This document shows positions 15,312 through 28,750 of a stretch of DNA of 39,582 nucleotides, piece by piece. The first letter of the stretch is position 1. Each line of letters begins with the position of its first letter. The DNA lies in contig NW_021835769.1 of the NCBI RefSeq assembly GCF_006345805.1, positions 1 to 39,582 on the forward strand, in the 5' to 3' direction. A program made the translations under genes and the position numbers. The stretch comes from Octopus sinensis (taxonomy: Eukaryota). The notes beneath the pieces are model-generated. The model was not told where the DNA came from. It saw only the letters and a program-made list of their open reading frames with translations, and searched no databases.

Positions 15312-16995
15312 TGACGTTAAATGACATGATGTTAAATGACGTTAAATGTCGTTAAAAGGCATGACGTTAAATGAAGTTAAATGACGTTAAATGACATGAC
15401 GTTAAATGAATTAAATGACGTTAAATGACGTTAACTGAGGTAAAAGGCATGACGTTAAATGACGTTAAATGACATGACGTTAAATGACGATAAATAACTT
15501 GACGTTAAGTGACGTTAATTGACATGACGTTAAATCACGTTAAATGACGTTAACTGACATGATGTTAAATGACTTTGAATGACATGACGTTAAATTACGT
15601 TAAATGACGTTATATGACATGACGTTAAGTGACATTAAATGACATGACGCTAAATGACGTTAAATGACATGATATTAAATGGCATTAAATGGTATCACGT
15701 TAAATGACGTTAAATGACGTTAAAAGGCATGACGTAAAATTACTTTAAATGATGCTAAATGACGTGACGCAAAATAACGTTAAATGATATGACGTTAAAT
15801 GATATGACGTTAAATGACGTTTAAATGATATTAAATAACATGACGTTAAATGACGTTAAATGACATAATATTAAATGGCATTAAATGATATCACGTTAAA
15901 TTACGTTAAATGACATGAAGTTAAATGACGTTGAATGCCGTTAAATGACGTTGTATGACGTTAAATGACGTTAAATGACGTTAAAGGACATGACGATAAA
16001 TGACGTTAACTGACGTTAGAAGGCATGAGGTTTAATGATATGACGTTAAGTGATGTTAAATGACATGAAGTTAAATGACGTTAAATAACATGACGTTAAG
16101 TAACGTTAATTGACATGACGTTAAACCACGTTAAATGACATGAATTTAAATGACGTTAAATGACATGATGTTAAATGACGTTAAATGTCGTTAAAAGGCA
16201 TGACGTTAAATGAAGTTAAATGACGTTAAATGACATGACGTTAAATGAATTAAATGACGTTAAATGACGTTAACTGAGGTAAAAGGCATGACGTTAAATG
16301 ACGTTAAATGACATGACGTTAAATGACGATAAATAACTTGACGTTAAGTGACGTTAATTGACATGACGTTAAATCACGTTAAATGACGTTAACTGACATG
16401 ATGTTAAATGACTTTGAATGACATGACGTTAAATTACGTTAAATGACGTTATATGACATGACGTTAAGTGACATTAAATGACATGACGCTAAATGACGTT
16501 AAATGACATGATATTAAATGGCATTAAATGGTATCACGTTAAATGACGTTAAATGACGTTAAAAGGCATGACGTAAAATTACTTTAAATGATGCTAAATG
16601 ACGTGACGCAAAATAACGTTAAATGATATGACGTTAAATGATATGACGTTAAATGACGTTTAAATGATATTAAATAACATGACGTTAAATGACGTTAAAT
16701 GACATAATATTAAATGGCATTAAATGATATCACGTTAAATTACGTTAAATGACATGAAGTTAAATGACGTTGAATGCCGTTAAATGACGTTGTATGACGT
16801 TAAATGACGTTAAATGACGTTAAAGGACATGACGATAAATGACGTTAACTGACGTTAGAAGGCATGAGGTTTAATGATATGACGTTAAGTGATGTTAAAT
16901 GACATGAAGTTAAATGACGTTAAATAACATGACGTTAAGTAACGTTAATTGACATGACGTTAAACCACGTTAAATGACATGAATTTAAATGACGT
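15312..16995. repeat. Near-identical tandem duplication, 2 x 839 bp
   Basis: GTTAAATGTCGTTAAAAGGC at 15341/16180; TTAAACCACG at 16121/16960. Confidence 0.92.
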
Positions 16996-17049
16996 TAAAT
17001 GACATGATGTTAAATGACATTAAATGACACGACGCTAAATGACGTTAAA

Positions 17050-18510
17050 TGACGTTTAAATGATATTAAATAACATGACGATAATTGACGTTAAATGAAA
17101 TGATATTAAAAGGCATTAAATGATATCACGTTAAATGACGTTAAAAGGCATGACGTTAAATGACATGACGTTAAATGACGTTAAATGACATGACGTTAAA
17201 TTACTTTAAATGATGTTAAATGACGTGACGCAAAATAACGTTAAATGATATGACGTTAAATGAGAGTAAATGACCTGACCTTAAATGAGGTTAAATGACA
17301 TGACGTTAAATGACGTTAAGTGACGTTAAATAATGACGTTTTCCGACATTACGTTAAATGACGTTAAATGACGTTAAATGGCATGCCGTTAAATGACGTT
17401 AAATGACATGATGTTAAATGACGTTGAATGACGTTAAATGACGTTCAATGACGTTAAATTACGTTAAATTACGTTAAAGGACATGATGATAAATGACTTT
17501 AAAAAGCATGACGTTTAATGATATGACGTAAAATGACGTTACATGACTTCACGTTAAATGACATGACGTTAAATGATGTTAAATGACGTTAAATAACATG
17601 ACGTTAAGTGACGTTAATTGACATGACGTTAAACCACGTTAAATGACATGAAGTTAAATGACGTAAATGACATGATGTTAAACGATGTTGAATGAAATGA
17701 CGTTAAATTACGATAAATGACGTTATATGATATGACGTTAAATGACATTAAATGACAAGACGCTAAATGACGTAAAATGACGTTATATGATATTAAAAAA
17801 CATGACCTTAAATGACGTTAAATGACATGATATTAAATGGCATTAATGATATCACGTTAAATGACGTTAAAAGGCATGACGTTAAATGACATGACGTTAA
17901 ATGACGTTAAATGACATGACGTTAAATTACTTTAAATGATGTTAAATGACGTGACGCAAAATAACGTTAAATGATATGACGTTAAATGAGAGTAAATGAC
18001 CTGACCTTAAATGAGGTTAAATGACATGACGTTAAATGACGTTAAGTGACGTTAAATAATGACGTTTTCCGACATTACGTTAAATGACGTTAAATGACAT
18101 TAAATGACATGACGTTAAATGACGTTAAATGACATGATGTTAAATGACGTTGAATGACGTTAAATGACGTTCAATGACGTTAAATTACGTTAAATTACGT
18201 TAAAGGACATGATGATAAATGACTTTAAAAAGCATGACGTTTAATGATATGACGTAAAATGACGTTACATGACTTCACGTTAAATGACATGACGTTAAAT
18301 GATGTTAAATGACGTTAAATAACATGACGTTAAGTGACGTTAATTGACATGACGTTAAACCACGTTAAATGACATGAAGTTAAATGACGTTAAATGACAT
18401 GATGTTAAACGATGTTGAATGAAATGACGTTAAATTACGATAAATGACGTTATATGATATGACGTTAAATGACATTAAATGACAAGACGCTAAATGACGT
18501 TAAATGACGT
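17050..18510. repeat. Tandem duplication, 2 x 726 bp, with a diverged third copy following
   Basis: TGAGAGTAAATGACCTGACC at 17261/17987; TTCCGACATT at 17341/18067. Confidence 0.9.
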
Positions 18511-21500
18511 TTATATGATATTAAAAAACATGACCTTAAATGACGTTAAATGACATGATATTAAATGGCATTAAATGATATCACGTTAAATGACGTTAAA
18601 TGACGTTAAAAGGCATGACGTTAAATGACATGACGTTAAATTACGTTAAATGACATGACGTAAAATTACTTTAAATGATGTTAAATGACGTGACGCAATA
18701 TAACGTTAAATAATATGACGTTAAATGACGGTAAATGACATGACCTTAAATGATGTTAAATGACATGACGTTAAATGACGTTAAGTGACGTTAAATAATA
18801 TGATGTTTACTGACATTACGTTAAATGAGGTTAAATGACATGACGTTAAATGACGTTGAATGAATTTAAATGACGTTAAATGGCATGCCGTTAAATGACG
18901 TTAACTGACATGAAGTTAAATGACGTTAAATGACGTTAAAGGACATGACGATAAATGACGTTAACTTACGTTAAAAGGCATGACGTTAAATGATATGACG
19001 TTAAATGATATGACGTTAAATGACGTTAAATGACATGACGTTAAATGACGTTAAATGACATGACGTTAAATGATGTTAAATGACGTTAAATAGCATGACG
19101 TTAAGTGACGTTTATTGACATGAGGTTAAACCACGTTAAATTACATGAAGTTAAATGACATGATGTTAAAAGACGTTGAATGAAATGACGTTAAATTACG
19201 TTAAATAACGTTATATGACATGACGTTAAATGACATTAAATGACACGACGCCAAATGACGTTAAATGACGTTTAAATGATATTAAATAACATGACGTTAA
19301 ATGACATGATACTAAATGGCATTAAATTATATCACGTTAAATGACGTTAAAAGGCATGACGTTAAATGACATGACTTTAAATGACGTTAAATGACATGAC
19401 CTGAAATTACTTAAAATGATATTAAATGACGTGACGCAAAACAACGTTAAATGATATGACGTTCAATGACGTTAAATGACATGACCTTAAATGATATTAA
19501 ATGACATTACTTTAAATGACGTTAAATAACGTTAAATGACGGTACAAGTTAAATGACGTGAAATGACATGATGTTAAATGCCGTTAAATGACGTGAAATG
19601 ACGTTAAATGTCATGAGGTTATATGACGTTAAATTATGTTAAATTACATTAAATGACAACGTTAAATAACGTTATATGACGTTAAAAGACGTTAAATATC
19701 GTTAAAAAGCATGATGTTAAATGACGTTAAATGACATGACGTTAATTGAAGTTAAATGACATGACATTAAATTACTTTAAATGACATGGCGCTAAATGAC
19801 GTTAAATGATATGACGTTAAATGACATGACGTTAAATGACATGAACTTAAATGACGTTAAATAACATGACGTTAAGTGAACTGACGTTAAATGACGATAA
19901 ATGACATGACGTTAAGTGACGGTACGTGAAGTTAAATAACATGACGTTAAATGACGTTTAATGACGTGAAATGGCATGACGTTTCTTGACCTTAAATGAC
20001 ATGACGTTAAATGACGTCAAATGACGTTACATATCATGACGTTATATGACGTGAAATGACGTTAAAAATAATGACCTTAAATGATGTTAAATGACAAGTC
20101 GTTAACTGCTTTAAATGACATTAAATAACATGACCTTAAATGACGTTAAATGACATGACGTTAAATGACGTTAAATGACATGACGTTGAATGACGTTTAA
20201 TGACATGACACTAAATTACGTTAAATGACGTTAAATAACGTGACGTTAAATGACGTTAAATTACATGTTATTTGGCGTTAAGTGACGTTAAATGACGTGA
20301 AATGAAATGACGTTAAATGACATTAAATGATATGACGTTAAATGACATGACGTTAAATCACGTTAAATGACATGATGTTAAATAACGTTATATGAAGTTA
20401 AATGACGTTATTGACATGACGTCAAATTACATGACGTTAATTGACGATAAATGATAACGAATGACATGATGTCAAATGACGTTAAATGACATGACGTGAA
20501 ATGACGTTAAATGACTTAAAATGACTTGACGTTAAATGGCGTTAAATGATGTTACATGACATGACCTTAAATGACGTTAAATGACATGACTTTAAATGAA
20601 GTTAAATGATGGTAAATAACATGAAGTTAAATAATATTAAACGACGGGAAATCACATGACGTTAAATGACTTTATATAACGTTAAATTACATGACGTTAA
20701 ATGACGTTAAACGACGTTAAATGAATTGACGTGAAATGATGTTAAATGACGGTAAATGACATGATGTTAAATGAAGTAAAAAGACATGACGTTAAAAGAC
20801 GTTAAATTACACGACGTAAAAAGATTTTATATGACGTTAAATGATGTGAAATTATATGACGTTAAATGACATGACGTTAAAAGACGTTAAATGACCTGAC
20901 GTTAAATGACGCTAAATGACGTTAAATGATATGATGTTAAATTACGTTAAATGACATGACGTTTAATGAAGTTAAATGACGTTAAATGACATGACGTTAA
21001 ATGACATTAAATGATATCACGTTTAATGACGTTAAATGACGTTAAAGGACATGGCGTTAAATGATGTTAAATGACATGACGTTAAATGCCGTTAAATGAT
21101 GTTAAAAAACATGAAGTTAAATACTATTAAACGACGTTAAATTACATGACGTTAAATGACGTTATATAACGTTAAATTACATGACGTTAAATGACGTTAA
21201 ATGACATGACGTTAAATGACGTTAAATGATGTTAAAAAACATGAAGTTAAATGCTATTAAACGACGTTAAATCACATGACGTTAAATGACGTTATATAAC
21301 GTTAAAGGACATGACGTTAAATGACGTTACATGACATGATATGAAATGATGTTAAATGTCGGTAAATGACATGATGTTAAATGAAGTAAAAAGACATGAC
21401 ATTAAAAGACGTCAAATGACATAACGTTAAATGATTTTATATGACGTTAAATGACGTGACGTAAAATGATGTTAAATTAAATGATGTTAAATGACGTTAA

Positions 21501-22039
21501 ATGACATGGTGTTAAATGACGTTAAATGACATGACGTGAAATGACGTTAAATGACGTTAAATGACATGACGTTAAATGATGTTAAATTAAATGACGTTAA
21601 ATGACGTTAAATGACATGGTGTTAAATGACGTTAAATGATATGACGCTAAATGACATTAAATGAAGTTAAATGACGTTAAATGACATGACGTTCTCTGAC
21701 ATGATGGTAAATGACGTTAAATTACACGTGGGAGAAGGACGTTAACTGACATTAAATGACCTTAAATGAACTTAAATGATGTTAAATGACATGACGTTAA
21801 ACGACGTTAAATGATATTGAATGATATGACGTTAAATGACGTTAAATGACGATAAATGACATGACGTTAAATGACATATCTAAATGCCGTTAAATGACAT
21901 GCCGTTAAATTACGTTATGTGACAAGAAATGATGTGACGTTAAATGATGTTAAATGACATGACGTTAAATGATATTGAATTACGTCAAATGACGTTAAAT
22001 GACATGAATTTAAATGACGTTAAATGACGTTAAATGACA

Positions 22040-24990
22040 TGACGTGAAATGACGATAAATGACATGACGTTAATTGATGTTAAATGACGTTAAATGACAT
22101 GACGTTAAATAACGTTAAATGGCGTTAAATAACATGACGCTAAATGACGGTAAATGACGCTAAATAACATTAAATGATATGATGTTAAACGAAGTTAAAT
22201 GACATGAAGTTAAAAGACTTTATATGGCGTTAAATGTCTTCAAATAACATGATGTTAAATGATGTTAATGAAACGACGTTAAATGACGTGAAATGACATG
22301 ACGTTAAATAACGTTAAAAGACAAGATGTTAAATGACGTTAAATGACGTTATGAACATGAAATGAACAGACGTTAAATGACGTTAGATGATATGACGTTA
22401 AATGACGTTAAGTGATGATAAATGACATGATGTTAAATAACGTTAAATGACATGACGTTAAATAACGTTAAATGGCGTTAAATAACATGACGCTAATGAC
22501 GGTAAATGACGTTAATAACATTAAATGATATGATGTTAAACGAAGTTAAATGACATAAAGTTAAATGAATTTATATGGCGTTAAATATCTTCAAATCACA
22601 TGACATTAAATGATGTTAATGAAACGACGTTAAATGACGTGAAATGACATGACGTTAAATGACGTAAAATGACGTTAAATGACGTTATGAACATGACATG
22701 AAATGACTTAAATGACGTTAGATGATATGAAGTTAAATGACGTTAAGTGATGATAAATGACATGATGTTAAATGACGTTGAATGATATGACGTGCAATTA
22801 CGTTAAATGACATGACGTTAAATAACTTAAAATGGCGTAAATAACATGACGCTAAATGACGGTAAATGACGCTAAATAACATTAAATGATATGATGTTAA
22901 ACGAAGTTAAATGACATGAAGTTAAAAGACTTTATATGGCGTTAAATGTCTTCAAATAACATGATGTTAAATGATGTTAATGAAACGACGTTAAATGACG
23001 TGAAATGACATGACGTTAAATAACGTTAAAAGACAAGATGTTAAATGACGTTAAATGACGTTATGAACATGAAATGAACAGACGTTAAATGACGTTAGAT
23101 GATATGACGTTAAATGACGTTAAGTGATGATAAATGACATGATGTTAAATGACGTTAAATGACATGACGTTAAATAACGTTAAATGGCGTTAAATAACAT
23201 GACGCTAAATGACGGTAAATGACGTTAAATAACATTAAATGATATGATGTTAACGAAGTTAAATGACATAAAGTTAAATGAATTTATATGGCGTTAAATA
23301 TCTTCAAATCACATGACATTAAATGATGTTAATGAAACGACGTTAAATGACGTGAAATGACATGACGTTAAATGACGTAAAATGACGTAAAATGACGTTA
23401 TGAACATGACATGAAATGACGTTAAATGACGTTAGTGATATGAAGTTAAATGACGTTAAGTGATGATAAATGACATGATGTTAAATGACGTTGAATGATA
23501 TGACGTGCAATTACGTTAAATGACATGACGTTAAATAACGTTAAATGGCGTTAAATAACATGACGCTAAATGACGGTAATGACGCTAAATAACATTAAAT
23601 GATATGATGTTAAACGAAGTTAAATGACATGAAGTTAAAAGACTTTATATGGCGTTAAATAAATGTCTTCAAATAACATGATGTTAAATGATGTTAATGA
23701 AACGACGTTAAATGACGTGAAATGACATGACGTTAAATAACGTTAAAAGACAAGATGTTAAATGACGTTAAATGACGTTATGAACATGAAATGAACAGAC
23801 GTTAAATGACGTTAGATGATATGACGTTAAATGACGTTAAGTGATGATAAATGACATGATGTTAAATGACGTTAAATGACATGACGTTAAATAACGTTAA
23901 ATGGCGTTAAATAACATGACGCTAAATGACGGTAAATGACGTTAAATAACATTAAATGATATGATGTTAAACGAAGTTAAATGACATAAAGTTAAATGAA
24001 TTTATATGGCGTTAAATATCTTCAAATCACATGACATTAAATGATGTTAATGAAACGACGTTAAATGACGTGAAATGACATGACGTTAAATGACGTAAAA
24101 TGACGTTAAATGACGTTATGAACATGACATGAAATGACGTTAAATGACGTTAGATGATATGAAGTTAAATGACGTTAAGTGATGATAAATGACATGATGT
24201 TAAATGACGTTGAATGATATGACGTGCAATTACGTTAAATGACATGACGTTAAATAACGTTAAATGGCGTTAAATAACATGACGCTAAATGACGGTAAAT
24301 GACGCTAAATAACATTAAATGATATGATGTTAAACGAAGTTAAATGACATGAAGTTAAAAGACTTTATATGGCGTTAAATGTCTTCAAATAACATGATGT
24401 TAAATGATGTTAATGAAACGACGTTAAATGACGTGAAATGACATGACGTTAAATAACGTTAAAAGACAAGATGTTAAATGACGTTAAATGACGTTATGAA
24501 CATGAATGAACAGACGTTAAATGACGTTAGATGATATGACGTTAAATGACGTTAAGTGATGATAATGACATGATGTTAAATGACGTTAAATGACATGACG
24601 TTAAATAACGTTAAATGGCGTTAAATAACATGACGCTAAATGACGGTAAATGACGTTAAATAACATTAAGTGATATGATGTTAAACGAAGTTAAATGACA
24701 TAAAGTTAAATGAATTTATATGGCGTTAAATATCTTCAAATCACATGACATTAAATGATGTTAATGGAACGACGTTAAATGACGTGAAATGACATGACGT
24801 TAAATGACGTTAAATGACATGACGTAAAATGACGTTAAATGACGTTATGAACATGACATGAAATGACGTTAAATGACGTTAGATGATATGACGTTAAATG
24901 ACGTTAAGTGATGATAAATGACATGATGTTAAATGACGTTGAATGATATGACGTGCAATTACGTTAAATGACATGACGTTAAATAACGTT
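22040..24990. repeat. Dimeric higher-order repeat (AB)x4, monomers ~355 bp, HOR ~720 bp
   Basis: TATATGGCG at 22221, 22572, 22933, 23285, 23646, 24003, 24366 and 24717, in alternating contexts. CGTGCAAT at 22791, 23504, 24223 and 24952. Confidence 0.93.
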
Positions 24991-27479
24991 AAATGACGTG
25001 AAATGATGTTAAATGAAATGACGTGAAGTGACATTAAATGACGTTAAATGACAGGACTTTAAATGACGTTAAATGACGTTAAATGATGTTAAATGACATG
25101 TCGTTAAATGACTTTAATTGACGTAAAATGACATAATACCGTTAAATGACGTTAAATGACATGATTTTAAATTACGTTATGTGACAAGAAATGACGTGAC
25201 GTTAATGATGTTAAATGACATGACGTTAATTGATATTGGATGACGTTAAATGACGTTAAATGACATGAATTTAAATGACGTTAAATGATATTAAATGACA
25301 TGACATTAAATTACATTAAATGACATGACGTTAAATGACGATAAATGCCATGACGTTAAATGACGTTAAATGACATGACGTTAAATGACGTTAAATGACG
25401 AGAAATGATGTTAAATGACATGACGTGAAATGATGTTAAATGACATGACGTGAAATGACATTAAATGAAGTTAAATGACAGGACTTTAAATGACGTTAAA
25501 TGATGTTAAATGACATGACGTTAAATGACTTTAATTGACGTAAAATGGCGTTAAATGCCGTTAAATGACATGCCGTTAAATTACGTTATGTGACAAGAAA
25601 TGATGTGACGTTAAATGATGTTAAATGACATGACGTTAAATGATATTGAATTACGTCAAATGACGTTAAATGACATGAATTTAAATGACGTTAAATGAGA
25701 TTAAATGACATGACATTAAATGACATTAAATGACAAGACGTTAAATGACGATAAATGTCATGACGTTAAATGACGTTAATTGACATGACGTTAAATTACG
25801 TTCTGTGACGTTAAAGGACATGACGTTAAATGATTTCAAAAGATGTTAAAGGACATGTCGTTAAATGACGTTAAATGACGTTAAACGACATGTCGTTAAA
25901 TGTCGTTAAATAATGTTGAATGACATGATGTTAAATGACGTTAAATGACGATAAATGACCTTAAATGTCGTTTCGTTAAATGACGTTAAATGACATGACG
26001 TTAAATAACTTTTAATGACGTTAAATGTCATGAACTTAAATGACGTTAAATGACATGACGTTAAATGTTTAATGATATGACGTTAAATGACGTTAAATGA
26101 TGTTAAATGACCTAACGTTAAATGACGTTAAATGCCGTTACATGACATGCCGTTAAATGACGTTAAATGACATGACGTTAAATTACGTTATGTGACGAGA
26201 AATGACGTGACCTTTAATGATGTTAAATGACATGACGTTAAATGATATTGAATGACGTTAAATGAGGTTAAATGACATGAATTTAAATGACGTTAAATGA
26301 CATTATTATGACATGACATTAAATGTCATTAAATGACATGACGTTAAATGACGATAAATGTCATGACGTTAAATGACGTCAAATGACATGACGTTAAATT
26401 ACGTTCTGTGACGTTAAATGACATGACGTTAAATGATTTTAAAAGATGTTAAATGACATGTCGTTAAATGACGTTAAATGCTGTTAAATGACATGATGTT
26501 AAATGACGTTAAATGACGATAAATGACCTTAAATGACATCTCGTAAAATGATGTTAAATGACATGTCGTTAAATAACGTTTAATGACGTTAAATGTCATG
26601 AACTTCAATGACGTTCAATGGCATGACGTTAAATGTCGTTTAATGATATGACGTTAAATGACGTTAAATGATGTTAAATTACCTGACGTTAAATGACGGT
26701 AAATGAAGTTAAATGATATGCCGTTAAATTACGTTAAATGACATGACGTTAAATTACGTTATGTGACAAGAAATGACGTGACGTTAAATGAGGTTAAATG
26801 ACATGACGTTAAATGATATTGAATTACGTTAAATGATGTTAAATGACATGACGTTAAATAACTTTAATTGACGTAAAATGACGTTAAATGCCGTTAAATG
26901 ACATGCCGTTAAATGACATGATGTTAAAGTACGTTATGTGACGAGAAATGACGTGACGTTAAATGATGTTAAATGACATGACGTTAAATGATATTGAATG
27001 ACGTCAAATGACGTTAAATGACATGAATTTAAATGACGTTAACTGACATTAAATGACATGACGTTAAATGACATTAAATGACATGACGTTAAATGACGAT
27101 AAATGTCATGACGTTAAATGACGTTAAATGACATGACGTTAAATTACGTTCTGTGACGTTAAATGACTTGACGTTAAATGATTTTAAAAGATGCTAAATG
27201 ACAAGTCGTTAAATGACGTTAAATGAAGTTAAATGACGATAAATGACCTTAAATGACATCTCGTTAAATGACGTTAAATGACATGACGTTAAATAACGTT
27301 TAATGACGTTAAATGTCATGAACTTAAATGACGTTAAATAACATGACGTTAAATGACATGACGTTAAATGTCGTTTAATGATATGACGTTAAATGATGTT
27401 AAATGACATGACGTTAAATGACGTTAAATGATGTTAAATGACATGACGTTAAATGACGTTAAATGGCGTTAAATGACGT

Positions 27480-28750
27480 TAAATGACGGTACATGGCATG
27501 ACGTTAAAAGACGTTAAATGACACGACGTTAAATGATTTTATATGACGTTAAATGACGTTTAATAACCTGACGTTAAATGATGTGAAATTATATGACGTT
27601 AAATGACATGACGTTAAAAGACGTTAAATGACATGACGTTAAATGACGCTAAATGACGTTAAAGGACATGATGTTAAAGTACGTTAAATGACATGACGTT
27701 TAATGAAGTTAAATGACGTTAAATGACATGACGTTAAATGACATTAAATGATATCACGTTTAATGACGTTAAATGACGTTAAAGGACATGGCGTTAAATG
27801 ACGTTAAATGACATGACGTTAAATGCCGTTAAATGATGTTAAAAAAATGAAGTTAAATACTATTAAACGACGTTAAATCAACATGACGTTAAATGACGTT
27901 ATATAACGTTAAATTACATGACGTTAAATGACGTTACATGACATGATGTGAAATGATGTTAAATGTCGGTAAATGACATGATGTTAAATGAAGTAAAAAG
28001 ACACGACATTAAAAAACGTTAAATGACATAACGTTAAATGATTTTATATGACGTTAAATGACGTTAAATGACGTGAAGTAAAATGATGTTAAATTAAATG
28101 ACGTTAAATGACGTTAAATGACATGGTGTTAAATGACGTTAAATGATATGACGCTAAATGACATTAAATGACGTTAAATGACGTTAAATGACATGACGTT
28201 CTCTGACATGATGGTAAATGACGTTAAATTACACGTGGTAGAAGGACGTTAACTGACATTAAATGACCTTAAATGACCTTAAATGATGTTAAATGACATG
28301 ACGTTAAACGACGTTAAATGATATTAAATGATATGACGTTAAATGACGTTAAATGACGATAAATGACATGACGTTAAATGACATATCTAAATGCCGTTAA
28401 ATGACATGCCGTTAAATTACGTTATGTGACAAGAAATGATGTGACGTTAAATGATGTTAAATGACATGACGTTAAATGATATTGAATTACGTCAAATGAC
28501 GTTAAATGACATGAATTTAAATGACGTTAAATGACATGACGTGAAATGACGATAAATGACATGACGTTAATTGATGTTAAATGACGTTAAATGACATGAC
28601 GTTAAATAACGTTAAATGGCGTTAAATAACATGACGCTAAATGACGGTAAATGACGCTAAATAACATTAAATGATATGATGTTAAACGAAGTTAAATGAC
28701 ATGAAGTTAAAAGACTTTATATGGCGTTAAATGTCTTCAAATAACATGAT
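27480..28750. repeat. Second copy of the 20740-22300 satellite block (~6.5 kb offset)
   Basis: GTTCTCTGAC at 21691/28198, GACATATCTAAATGCC at 21873/28380, ACACGTGG..GAAGGAC at ~21723/28231. Confidence 0.88.
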
